DNA of 64,000 nt from Planctomycetota bacterium. GTDB lineage: Bacteria; Planctomycetota; B15-G4; JADJEK01. The stretch lies in contig JBGAIQ010000006.1 of the NCBI GenBank assembly GCA_044225365.1, positions 96,001-160,000 of the forward strand, read 5' to 3'. The position numbers and the translations under genes were made by a program. This document shows positions 19,619 to 29,759 of the stretch, piece by piece (the first letter of the stretch is position 1; the number at the start of each line of letters is the position of its first letter). The notes under the pieces are model-generated. The model saw only the letters and a program-made list of their open reading frames with translations, had not been told where the DNA came from and did no database searches.

Positions 19619-20083
19619 ATGTTTCATTGCGCCCGTAGAACGTCCCTTCTCGTGCTCCTCGCGCTCTCCAGCGCGGCTGTCATCGCGCATCAGCTCTTCG
19701 CGCAGACGCCCGTGATCTCGACTCCCGATACCTACAAGGAGATCGTGACGCTCACGACCGACTCGAACGGTATCCATGGCAAGGACCCGCAGTCGACGCT
19801 CTACACGGTGCCGACGAAGCGCACCTTCGTGATGACGACCCTCGTCATCGCGAACGACCAGGACAACTACACGGACGTCCTCGTCAAGGAGAACAGCTCT
19901 CGCAAGATCGCGCTGATCCGCGTCCCCCAGAACACGACGATCAGTTGCGAGTTCCCGAGCGGCGTCGAGTGGGTCGCGGACTCCAAGGTCAACGTCGAGA
20001 ACCTGGGCGGCCCGTCCGGCACGGCTCAGGGCGACATCCACGTCACGATCAACGGATTCCTGAAGAAGCCCGTCACGACCTGA
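19619..20083 (+). CDS. Secreted hypothetical protein
   Basis: GAGGA RBS, signal peptide, beta-rich body, typical codon usage. Confidence 0.7.
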   Translation: MFHCARRTSLLVLLALSSAAVIAHQLFAQTPVISTPDTYKEIVTLTTDSNGIHGKDPQSTLYTVPTKRTFVMTTLVIANDQDNYTDVLVKENSSRKIALIRVPQNTTISCEFPSGVEWVADSKVNVENLGGPSGTAQGDIHVTINGFLKKPVTT

Positions 20084-20169
20084 CCAGGCTCGACTTCGCC
20101 GTTTCCGCGGCCGGGCGGAAGGGTGTACGATTCCCCCATCGCGATCACAACATCGCGTAGGGGCGAATC

Positions 20170-20547
20170 ATGGACTTCTTCGTCGTACTGTTCGCGATCT
20201 GGCTCGTCTTCCGATTCCTCAGCGATCGCCTCGATCGAGCGCGCCTCCGCGGACACATGGTCTCGATCGGCTACGACGTCACCGAGATCCGATGGGCCCC
20301 CTTCGGACCGGGTTGGTTCGGCCCCCCCGGCGACCGCATCTATCTCATCACGTACACGGACGCGCGCGGCGAGACGTTTGGTTCGTTCGTGAAGACGAGT
20401 CTCACCACCGGGATCTTCTTCACGTACAACCGCCCCGCCGAGGCCGTTCAGAGCACCAGCCTAGAACTCGCGCAACTCCGCGAGGAGAATGCGCAGCTCC
20501 GATCGGAACTCGAAGCACTGCACGGCCCGAGTTCGACCGCGTCGTGA
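20170..20547 (+). CDS. Small membrane-anchored hypothetical protein
   Basis: N-terminal TM, WAPFGPGWFG motif, C-terminal coiled coil. Confidence 0.7.
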   Translation: MDFFVVLFAIWLVFRFLSDRLDRARLRGHMVSIGYDVTEIRWAPFGPGWFGPPGDRIYLITYTDARGETFGSFVKTSLTTGIFFTYNRPAEAVQSTSLELAQLREENAQLRSELEALHGPSSTAS

Positions 20548-20561
20548 CTTCGAGGAATGGG

Positions 20562-20594
20562 GATGAAGATGCCACGCTGGAGCGTGGCGATCCG
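20562..20594 (-). repeat. REP-like hairpin unit (family B, third copy)
   Basis: Minus strand cggatcgccacgctccagcgtggcatcttcatc, matching the 5940-6004 units with a compensatory stem change. Confidence 0.7.
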
Positions 20595-20791
20595 AGGACT
20601 TGGACCGCCCGGCATGGAATGGGAAGGAAGATGCCATGCTGAGTGAATCGAAACCGGGCGCGGATTCGCGCATCGAAGCACGGCCTCGCCCCGGCATTTC
20701 TCCGCAAGAATCTCGATCCAGTTCGCCGGCGGATGCGTAACGCTGGGCGTCTGCGGCCGACATTCACCTCGTCCTCGTTGGGAGCGAAGCC

Positions 20792-21682
20792 GTGAAGTTC
20801 CTCGTCCTCGCATCGATCTTCCTCCTTCCCGCTCAGGTCGTCGGCGATCGCGCCGAGCTGCGGCTCTCCCCCAAGAAGAACTCGTCGATCACCTACAAGG
20901 TGACGTCGGAAGTGACGCAGTCGATCGACATCGGCGGCAAGAAGGTCGACTCGACGACCGATCTCGAACGCAGCTACGTCTTCGCCTACGGCAACGCCGA
21001 CGCCGATGGCACACTGAACGCGACGCTGACCTTCGGTCCGATCAAGGGGACGCGGAAGGATGGCGCGGGCGAGGCCGTGCACTTCGACTCGACGAGCGCG
21101 GCAGCCGAGGGGAAGGCCGCCACGCTCGAAGCCGGCATCGAGGTCGCGCTGAAGCTCAGCAAGCAGGCCGACATCGTCGAAGCGAAGGGTCTCGCGGGTT
21201 CGTTGAAAGCTCGCCTCACCGATCTCACGAAGGGCGACGCGAAGGCCACCGAAAAGGTGAAGCCGCTCGCCGCCAAGCTCACCGACGATCACTCGAAGAA
21301 GGCGCTCGTCGGCCTCGTCCCGCGCCTGCCGAAATCGGCGGTCGCCGTCGGCGATCAGTTCGTCGTCGAGCACGGCTGGCACCACTGCTTCGACGTCGTG
21401 CGTTGCGTCGAGTTCGACCAGAAGTGCAAGGTCATCGCGATCGACTCGGACACCGTCACGATCGAAGTCACGGGCGACAGTCCCGCCAGCGAATCCTCGA
21501 TCCCGGCCTTCTCCGTCGGCGGCGTCTCGATGGGCGGCACCCTGGTGTTCTCCCGCAACGATGGCCTCCTGAAATCGATGAACATCCGCGAGAACGTCGC
21601 AACGACCGAAAGCACCGCCGCCGGCGGCGTCGCCACCGCGACGACGGTCACCGTGACGCGATTCGAACGCTCAGGCCGTTGA
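20792..21682 (+). CDS. Secreted hypothetical protein (DUF6263-like)
   Basis: Signal peptide, HFDST, LPKSAVAVGD and GLLKS motifs. Confidence 0.65.
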   Translation: MKFLVLASIFLLPAQVVGDRAELRLSPKKNSSITYKVTSEVTQSIDIGGKKVDSTTDLERSYVFAYGNADADGTLNATLTFGPIKGTRKDGAGEAVHFDSTSAAAEGKAATLEAGIEVALKLSKQADIVEAKGLAGSLKARLTDLTKGDAKATEKVKPLAAKLTDDHSKKALVGLVPRLPKSAVAVGDQFVVEHGWHHCFDVVRCVEFDQKCKVIAIDSDTVTIEVTGDSPASESSIPAFSVGGVSMGGTLVFSRNDGLLKSMNIRENVATTESTAAGGVATATTVTVTRFERSGR

Positions 21683-21788
21683 TGCTCGGGCCGCGGGGCC
21701 GTCCTGGCGCGCTCAGGCCGCGCGGGCCTTTCCTCCGGCGCTCAGGCCGCGCGGGCCTTTCGCTCGGGCCGCGAACTGGCCCTCGGAC

Positions 21789-22263
21789 GCTCCGGCCGCG
21801 GGGCCGTCCTGGCGTTCGCCCGCCAGCCGTGCGGGCACTAGGTTTGGATTGCCTGCGGCGGCGGAGGTCGTGCGCTCGACGTGGTGGGCGCAAGGAAGCT
21901 CCGCTCGGCTCCGCGCGCGGCGGACCGCGCATGCTCCGCTCGCGGACTTCCTCGCGCCGCCCACTGTGAGCGTTTTTTGAAAGAAGAGAAGATATGCGGA
22001 GCGCCGGGCTCCGCCCGGCAACTTCATGAGATGCCGGGCGGAGCCCGGCGCCCTTATTGAATCTCCTTCCCCATTCGCGCTTAGAGGGAAGCGCGAGCGG
22101 GAGTCCGTTCGCGAAGCATGCGCGGTCCGCCGCGCGCGGAGTCGAACGGAGCTCCCCTCGCGCACACCTCGTAGAGCGCAAACACTACGCCGCCGCAGGC
22201 AACACCAACGCAGTGCCCGCGCGGCTGGCGGGCGAACGCCAGGACGGCCCCGCGGCCCGAGCA
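21789..22263. repeat. Long imperfect inverted repeat (~185-bp arms, 21789-21972 and 22077-22263) between convergent genes
   Basis: The reverse complement of the right arm aligns with the left arm throughout. Extra partial copies of the arm start lie at 21685-21772. Confidence 0.9.
21998..22051. repeat. REP-like doublet (GGAG-CGCCGGGC-TCC-GCCCGGCA and its inverse)
   Basis: Perfect 20-bp inverted repeat, 22001-22020 and 22032-22051; each arm is itself palindromic. Confidence 0.8.
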
Positions 22264-22264
22264 C

Positions 22265-24193
22265 CTACACTTCTATCCTTGCCCCCAGCTCGACGACGCG
22301 ATTGGGCGGCAAGTCGAAGTAGGAGGTCGCGGAGGACGAGTTGCGCGAGAGGAATTCGAAGAGGAGCTTGCGCGATCGCACCACGACGGGGCCGCGATCG
22401 GTGACCACGATCGTCTCGCGGCCGAGGAAGTAGCTCACTTCATCGGGATCGATGGCGAGTCCACGGCCGCGGCAGAGCTCGAGCACGCGGGGCGCTGTCA
22501 TCGTTTCCATGAAGCCCTGCCGCGCCGTGACGCGCCACAAGCCCTGTCCGAGGTTCGTCACCTCGACGCGTTCGTCGAGCTTCACGCGAGGCGTCGGCAT
22601 CACTTCGAACGTGAGGAGGATGACGCGCTTGTGCAGCACCTTGCAGTGCTTGAAGAAGTGCAGGAGCACGTGCGGCACACCGCCGGATCGCGCGGAGAGG
22701 AAGACGCCGGTGCCCTCGACGCGAGTCACGTCGTGCTGGCGGAGGTCCTCGAGGAACGCTTCCATCGGGAACAGCGGACCGCGCGTGAGATAGGAATCGC
22801 GACCGTTCTTCCACGTGCTCATGACGAGGAAGAGGATGAGTCCGGCAACGATGGGCACCCATGCGCCGTGGAGGATCTTTGCGAGACTCGACGTCAGGAA
22901 TGGCAACTCGATCGCGATGAAAAGACCCGTGAGGGCCGCGGCGGCCCACAAACCCCAACCCCAACGCCTTCGAGCCACGACGTAGAGCAACATCGTGGTC
23001 GTCAGCATCGCTCCCATCACCGCGACGCCGTACGCGCCTGCGAGTCCGGAGGACGATCGGAACGCGAGCACGAGTGCGATGCAGCCGACCATCAACATCG
23101 CGTTGACGACGGGAACGTAGATCTGACCGCGCATCTGCGACGACGTGTGATCGACGCGCAGGCGCGGCAGATAACCGAGACGCATCGCCTGCTGCGCCAT
23201 CGAGTAGGCGCCCGAGATCAATGCCTGTGACGCGATGATCGCGGCGAACGTGGCAATGACGACGAGCGGGTAGAGGAACCAGCTCGGCGCGAGCTTGTAG
23301 AACGGATTCACCGCGGCGTCGGGACCATCCGTGAGGACGAGCGCGCCCTGGCCGAAGTAGTTGAGCAGCAGCGCGGGATACGCGATGAAGAACCACGCGT
23401 AGCGAATCGGCTTCTTGCCGAAGTGTCCCATGTCGGCGTAGAGAGCTTCGGCGCCGGTGATACAGAGCACGACCGAACCCAGGATGAAGAAGGCATCCTT
23501 GCCTTCGTCCTGGAAGAACTGAACGGCGTGCATCGGATTGATCGCACCGAGGATCTCGGGGTGTTTCAGGATCGAGGGCACTCCGAGGATCCCGATCGTC
23601 ACGAACCACACGACCATCACGGGACCGAACACGCGACCGATGTCGCCCGTCCCATAGGACTGGACGAGGAAGAGCGCGAGCAGGATGACGCATGACAATG
23701 GCACGACGAACGGTTCGAACTTGTCGGTCGCAACGTTGAGACCCTCGACCGCGCCGAGCACCGAGATCGCGGGCGTGATCATCCCGTCGCAGAACAGGAG
23801 CGCGGTGGCGAACAGTCCACACGCGACGAGCGTGCGCAAGACCGTGGGCGAGAGATGCTCGCCCTTCTTCATGTTCGAGACGTGCGGCTGGACGAGCGCG
23901 ATCAGCGCCATCAGTCCACCGTCCCCTTCGTTGTCCGCGCGAAGGACGAACGTCAGATACTTGAGGACGACGATCAACGTGATCGCCCAGAACACGAGCG
24001 AGAGCAGCCCGTAGACATTCGACGCGTTGATCGCGATTCCCGAATGCTCCGAGAAGCACTCTTTGATCGTGTAGAGCGGCGAAGTGCCGATGTCGCCGTA
24101 GACGACGCCGAGGGCGGCGAGGCCCAGAGCCATCAGTTCCTTGCGCGATCTAGGCTCGGCGTGTGCGTCCTTTGGGACGGCAACGGATTGCAT
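22265..24193 (-). CDS. kup: Potassium uptake protein Kup
   Basis: GVVYGDIGTSPLY, LRADNEGDGG, ITPAISVL, GAEALYADMGHFG, GQIYVP, LPPNRVVELG. Confidence 0.97.
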   Translation of the reverse strand: MQSVAVPKDAHAEPRSRKELMALGLAALGVVYGDIGTSPLYTIKECFSEHSGIAINASNVYGLLSLVFWAITLIVVLKYLTFVLRADNEGDGGLMALIALVQPHVSNMKKGEHLSPTVLRTLVACGLFATALLFCDGMITPAISVLGAVEGLNVATDKFEPFVVPLSCVILLALFLVQSYGTGDIGRVFGPVMVVWFVTIGILGVPSILKHPEILGAINPMHAVQFFQDEGKDAFFILGSVVLCITGAEALYADMGHFGKKPIRYAWFFIAYPALLLNYFGQGALVLTDGPDAAVNPFYKLAPSWFLYPLVVIATFAAIIASQALISGAYSMAQQAMRLGYLPRLRVDHTSSQMRGQIYVPVVNAMLMVGCIALVLAFRSSSGLAGAYGVAVMGAMLTTTMLLYVVARRRWGWGLWAAAALTGLFIAIELPFLTSSLAKILHGAWVPIVAGLILFLVMSTWKNGRDSYLTRGPLFPMEAFLEDLRQHDVTRVEGTGVFLSARSGGVPHVLLHFFKHCKVLHKRVILLTFEVMPTPRVKLDERVEVTNLGQGLWRVTARQGFMETMTAPRVLELCRGRGLAIDPDEVSYFLGRETIVVTDRGPVVVRSRKLLFEFLSRNSSSATSYFDLPPNRVVELGARIEV

Positions 24194-24296
24194 GAGCGGA
24201 CCCGACTGGCCGAAGGGCGAATCCCGACGATTCTAGGCGCGGGCGTGCGCGATGCAGCGAAAACGCGGATTCACGCGTAAATACGGCGTTAGAGAC

Positions 24297-25523
24297 TCAC
24301 TCCGTGTAGTCAAGACTCTTGCCGTGTGTCTCCTCGACGGGAACGAGCGCGAGTAACGCGATCGCGACAGCGACGACACCGACACGGAGCGCTGCACCGT
24401 CGTAGCCATGCTCGCCCTTCCACATCGTGAGCAGCGCGGTGAGGAGCGGAACGGTTCCGCGCACGAAGTTCGGCGCCGTCGTCGCGACGGTCGCGCGGAT
24501 GTTCGTGCCGAACTGCTCTGCCGCGAGCGTGACGAAGACCGACCAGTAGCCGCCTGCGATGCCGATGACGAAACAACTGACGTTGAACGCGAAGAGACTC
24601 CTCGGTCCGTAGAGGAAGTAGAGCGCCACCGCGGGAACGTGCAGTGCGAGGAAGAGAAGCACGACGCGCTTCCTCGCGCCGAAGATCTGGCTCAGGAAAC
24701 CACTGAGAATGCCGCCGATCGCAAGGCCGGTGTAGCTCCACAGGACGGCGTCGGACGATTTCGGCGTCGGGTCCATCCCGAGCGCCTTCCCGATCTCCGG
24801 TGCGAACAGCACGAGGATGCCGATCACGTACCACGTTGGCACGCCGATGAAGACGACGCCGAGGTAGCGCAGCAATCGCGCGGGCGGCCAGAACAGGAGG
24901 CCGATCGATCCGCGCTTCACGCCCTCCGACTTCGCCTTCTCGAACATCCCAGACTCGAACGTACCGAATCGCAGCGCGAGGAGCGCGAGGCCGAGCACGC
25001 CACCGATGGTGTACGCGCGACGCCAGTCGCCACCTCCGACGAGCGACGCGACGACGGCGCCGAACACGCCGACGAACGCGACGAGCGTCGTTCCATATCC
25101 GCGGGTCTCCTTCGACATCAATTCGGCGACGAGCGTCACGCCGGCGCCGAGTTCTCCCGCGAGGCCGACGCCCGCGATGAATCGCAGCAGCCGATACATC
25201 TCGATCGAATGCACGTGCGCGTTCAGGAGATTCGCGAGCGAGTACATCAGGATGGTGCCGAACAGCACGGACAAGCGCCCGCGCTTGTCGCCGAGCACGC
25301 CCCACAGGATGCCGCCGATCAGCATCCCGTACATCTGGGTGTCGATCAGCATCTTGCCGGTCGTCGTGATCGCCTCGGGATCGGTGACTCCGAGGTCCTT
25401 CAAACTCGCGACGCGTACGACCGCGAACAGGATCAGATCGTAGATGTCGACGAAATAGCCGAGCGCGGCGACGAGCACGACGAGTCCGACGCGACGCGAA
25501 TTGCGATCCTCGAGCATGCGCAC
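24297..25523 (-). CDS. MFS transporter
   Basis: GYFVDIYD, GVLGDKRGR (motif A), GLAGELG, EQFGTNIRAT; about 12 TM. Confidence 0.93.
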   Translation of the reverse strand: MRMLEDRNSRRVGLVVLVAALGYFVDIYDLILFAVVRVASLKDLGVTDPEAITTTGKMLIDTQMYGMLIGGILWGVLGDKRGRLSVLFGTILMYSLANLLNAHVHSIEMYRLLRFIAGVGLAGELGAGVTLVAELMSKETRGYGTTLVAFVGVFGAVVASLVGGGDWRRAYTIGGVLGLALLALRFGTFESGMFEKAKSEGVKRGSIGLLFWPPARLLRYLGVVFIGVPTWYVIGILVLFAPEIGKALGMDPTPKSSDAVLWSYTGLAIGGILSGFLSQIFGARKRVVLLFLALHVPAVALYFLYGPRSLFAFNVSCFVIGIAGGYWSVFVTLAAEQFGTNIRATVATTAPNFVRGTVPLLTALLTMWKGEHGYDGAALRVGVVAVAIALLALVPVEETHGKSLDYTE

Positions 25524-25597
25524 TCCCGAACGGGATTCGAGCGCGGCGCATGCTACCCGCCGCAGCGTGCGTTGAAGAGCCCGCAGGGCGCTTCAGC

Positions 25598-26272
25598 TCA
25601 TTGCACCTTCAGCCAGGTGTTCCCATCGCCGCCGAGCCAGTTGGCCTGATCGACCGGCAAGGTACCCATTCCGAACGACAGGATCGGATAGGCGTCGAGG
25701 CCGACCGGGGGCGTGTTCAGTCCGTGGTGATCGAGGAACGAAGCGTCGCATCCGACCGCCACGCCCTGATCGTTGATCGCGAACGTGCGACGCGCGGCCG
25801 AGGAGCTGCGCTTCGGCCAGGCGTAGACGATGAACTTCGATTCGGCGAGATTCGGGTCGAGGGAGCCTGCGACGAAACCCCCGCCCGCATGTTCGAGCTG
25901 AGGCGTACCGAAAGCCGCGGGCAGGAAGAGCGCAAAGCAGTAGCCGTCGAGCGAGCCGTAGCCGTTCGAGTCGATCACGCCGAGTTCGGGAGTGAAGGGA
26001 AACGCGACCTGCGACAGGAGGAGGGTGCCATCGTCGCGCAGCGGGACCTGATTCGCCATCTCGCCGAGCGAGCCGTACTCGCCGACGCCGTCGTGATCCT
26101 CATCGACGACTTTCAGGGCCTTGAAGGCCACCTCCGCGAAGTAGATCTCCCGCAGTTTGTCGAGAGCGGCTTGCTCCATCGGCTTGAGCTTCGACGGCGG
26201 GGGCGCGGCGTTCGAGCCGCCGGGAACGATGAGGACGACCGACACCGCGAGGAGGGACGCGAACCGAATCAT
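25598..26272 (-). CDS. Secreted hypothetical protein (DUF2950-like / pilin-associated domain)
   Basis: Signal peptide, DEDHDGVGEYG, GYCF, F.VYAWP...RRTFAINDQG. Confidence 0.6.
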   Translation of the reverse strand: MIRFASLLAVSVVLIVPGGSNAAPPPSKLKPMEQAALDKLREIYFAEVAFKALKVVDEDHDGVGEYGSLGEMANQVPLRDDGTLLLSQVAFPFTPELGVIDSNGYGSLDGYCFALFLPAAFGTPQLEHAGGGFVAGSLDPNLAESKFIVYAWPKRSSSAARRTFAINDQGVAVGCDASFLDHHGLNTPPVGLDAYPILSFGMGTLPVDQANWLGGDGNTWLKVQ

Positions 26273-26362
26273 GGAAGGTAGCCGTTTCTGGGCCCTTCCG
26301 TGATCGGATCGGGGGGAGTCCGAGTTGAGCGCGATGTGCGCACTTTTTTGGCCAATCCGCTT

Positions 26363-26382
26363 ACATCATCGCTTCATGATGC
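26363..26382. promoter_or_regulatory. Putative SahR-type operator palindrome
   Basis: aCATCAT-cgcttc-ATGATGc (ATCA-N8-TGAT), 15 bp upstream of the regulator start codon. Confidence 0.6.
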
Positions 26383-26397
26383 TATGTTTATCGAGTC

Positions 26398-27375
26398 ATG
26401 GCCATCGCCGATTCGACCCTTCCCGGACTGCTGAAGCTGCTCGCCGATCCGACGCGGTTGCGCATCCTCGCCGTGCTCGAGCGCGAGGAACTGAGCGTCA
26501 GCGAGCTGTGCGCCGTGCTCGGCATGGCGCAGAGTCGGGTGTCGAACCACCTGCGGATCCTGCGCGACGCCGAACTCCTGCTCGAACGGCATTCGGGCGC
26601 GAGCACGCACGTGCGGCTCGATTCCAACGCCAATGCTGCGGCGGCCCGCTTGTGGGGCACGCTGCGCGACGACGTGTCGACGCTGCCGGAGCACTCGGCC
26701 GATCTCGTTCGCCTCGACGCGCTCCTCGCGCGGCGGCGCGCCAAGGCAGGCGACTTCTTCGATCGAGTCGCCGGTCAGTGGGACAAGATCGCGGGCGCGT
26801 TCCGCACGGGCCAGGGACGCCTGCGGCTCGCTTCGCATCTCCTGCCCGCCCATTTCGTCGTGGCCGACCTCGGCTGTGGCACGGGCTACGTCGGCGAAGG
26901 ACTGCTCGGCGTCGCGAGCAAACTCATCTGCGTCGATCGGTCCGAGAAGATGCTCGCAGCCGCGAAGAAGCGGCTCGCGCGAGGACGCGCAGCGATGACC
27001 ATCGAATTCCGCCGCGGCGAGGTCGATGGCCTCCCGATCGAAGACGAAGAAGTCGACGGCGTCGTCGCGGGAATGGTGCTGCATCATCTTCCGCGCCTCG
27101 ACGGCGCCATCGCCGAGATGTTCCGCGTGCTGAAGCCAGGCGGCGCAGCGGCCATCCTCGAACTCGCACCCCACAAAGAGGCCTGGATGCGGCGCGAACT
27201 CAGCGACCGGCACCTCGGCCTCGAAGCAACCGATGTCCTGTCCGCACTGAAACGCGCGGGCTTCGTCGATGTGGTTCTCGATCCGGTCGACGACCACTAT
27301 CAGCCGAAAAAGGAAGACGGCGAGGAGGTCTCGCTGCCCCTGTACATCGCCCGTGGTCGCAAATCCATTTCGTAG
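26398..27375 (+). CDS. ArsR-family regulator fused to a SAM-binding methyltransferase domain (SahR-like)
   Basis: LADPTRLRIL, ELSVSEL, QSRVSNHL, then DLGCGTG; directly upstream of ahcY. Confidence 0.9.
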   Translation: MAIADSTLPGLLKLLADPTRLRILAVLEREELSVSELCAVLGMAQSRVSNHLRILRDAELLLERHSGASTHVRLDSNANAAAARLWGTLRDDVSTLPEHSADLVRLDALLARRRAKAGDFFDRVAGQWDKIAGAFRTGQGRLRLASHLLPAHFVVADLGCGTGYVGEGLLGVASKLICVDRSEKMLAAAKKRLARGRAAMTIEFRRGEVDGLPIEDEEVDGVVAGMVLHHLPRLDGAIAEMFRVLKPGGAAAILELAPHKEAWMRRELSDRHLGLEATDVLSALKRAGFVDVVLDPVDDHYQPKKEDGEEVSLPLYIARGRKSIS

Positions 27376-27395
27376 GGGCGCACGGCTGTGCGCCC
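27372..27395 (+). repeat. GTAG-type REP-like element (family A)
   Basis: GTAG-GGGCGCAC-GGCT-GTGCGCCC; its TAG is the stop of the ArsR gene. Confidence 0.75.
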
Positions 27396-27420
27396 GATTC
27401 GTCAACCAAAGGCCCCTCTC

Positions 27421-28902
<1,482 letters not shown>

Positions 28903-29192
28903 GCGGGTTCTAGCCGGGTGCGCGCCTGCGCACTCGTGCCCACTCCTGCCCACTCCGTCATCGCGACGCGCCGCTCGAGAGCGCGTCGATTCGCCGCGGG
29001 ATTGATTCGCGGACCCGGGATTCGTAGCGTAAATCGCGCTTCCCGGGTCGCGATCGATTCCGCGGCGTGCGTTCGCTCTCCGTTCTTCTCCCCTCCTAGC
29101 GCGCTCGCCGGCGAACCTCCGATCGCAACCGCACGCGGGCAACGTGTGGTGATCCGGGGATGGCATTGCGTACGAAAGACCGGGAGCGCGAG

Positions 29193-29759
29193 ATGACCGA
29201 AATCGACGCCGGCCCGCAGGTGCTTCCCGCGCCTGCGGCGCCGCGCATGCTTCGTCTGTCTGCGGGTTTCGTCTACTTCTACTTCGGCTTCCTGAAGTTC
29301 TACACGGACCTCAGCCCGGCCGAGCTGCTCGCCACGCAGACGATCATGCGCATCTGGCCGTGGCACGTCGACGCCCACACGGTTCTCTTCTGGCTCGCGC
29401 TCTCCGAATCCGTGATCGGTCTCGCGTTCTTGCTCAACATCGGTCTGCGATACGTGCTGTGGATCTTCCTGCTGCATCAGCTCGGAACGTTCCTGCCGCT
29501 CGTGCTCTACCCCGAGCTTTGCTTCAAGATCGCGCCGTTCTCGCCGACCATGGAAGGTCAGTACATTCTGAAGAACCTCATCTCGCTCTCGGCAGGGCTC
29601 ACCGTGATGATGCCCGCCGTTCGCGCGCGGACCGCGCGCGAGAAAGCAGAGAAGCAGCAACGCATCGCCGCGAGAAGACCGAACGCAAGCAACACAAGTG
29701 CTCCGGCCCCGCGAGAGACGGCCGTCGCACTCGAATCCACCCCCGTGAGGCTGCCATGA
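29193..29759 (+). CDS. DoxX-like / DUF417 membrane protein
   Basis: FGFLKF...SPAE, PT.EGQYILKNL, about 4 TM. Confidence 0.75.
   Translation: MTEIDAGPQVLPAPAAPRMLRLSAGFVYFYFGFLKFYTDLSPAELLATQTIMRIWPWHVDAHTVLFWLALSESVIGLAFLLNIGLRYVLWIFLLHQLGTFLPLVLYPELCFKIAPFSPTMEGQYILKNLISLSAGLTVMMPAVRARTAREKAEKQQRIAARRPNASNTSAPAPRETAVALESTPVRLP

Noticed and set aside
21685-22263. ORFs 21648-22181, 21713-22264 and others, or an IS element
   Set aside because: These are Arg/Pro/Gly-rich translations of the repeat. There is no transposase and no evident target-site duplication.
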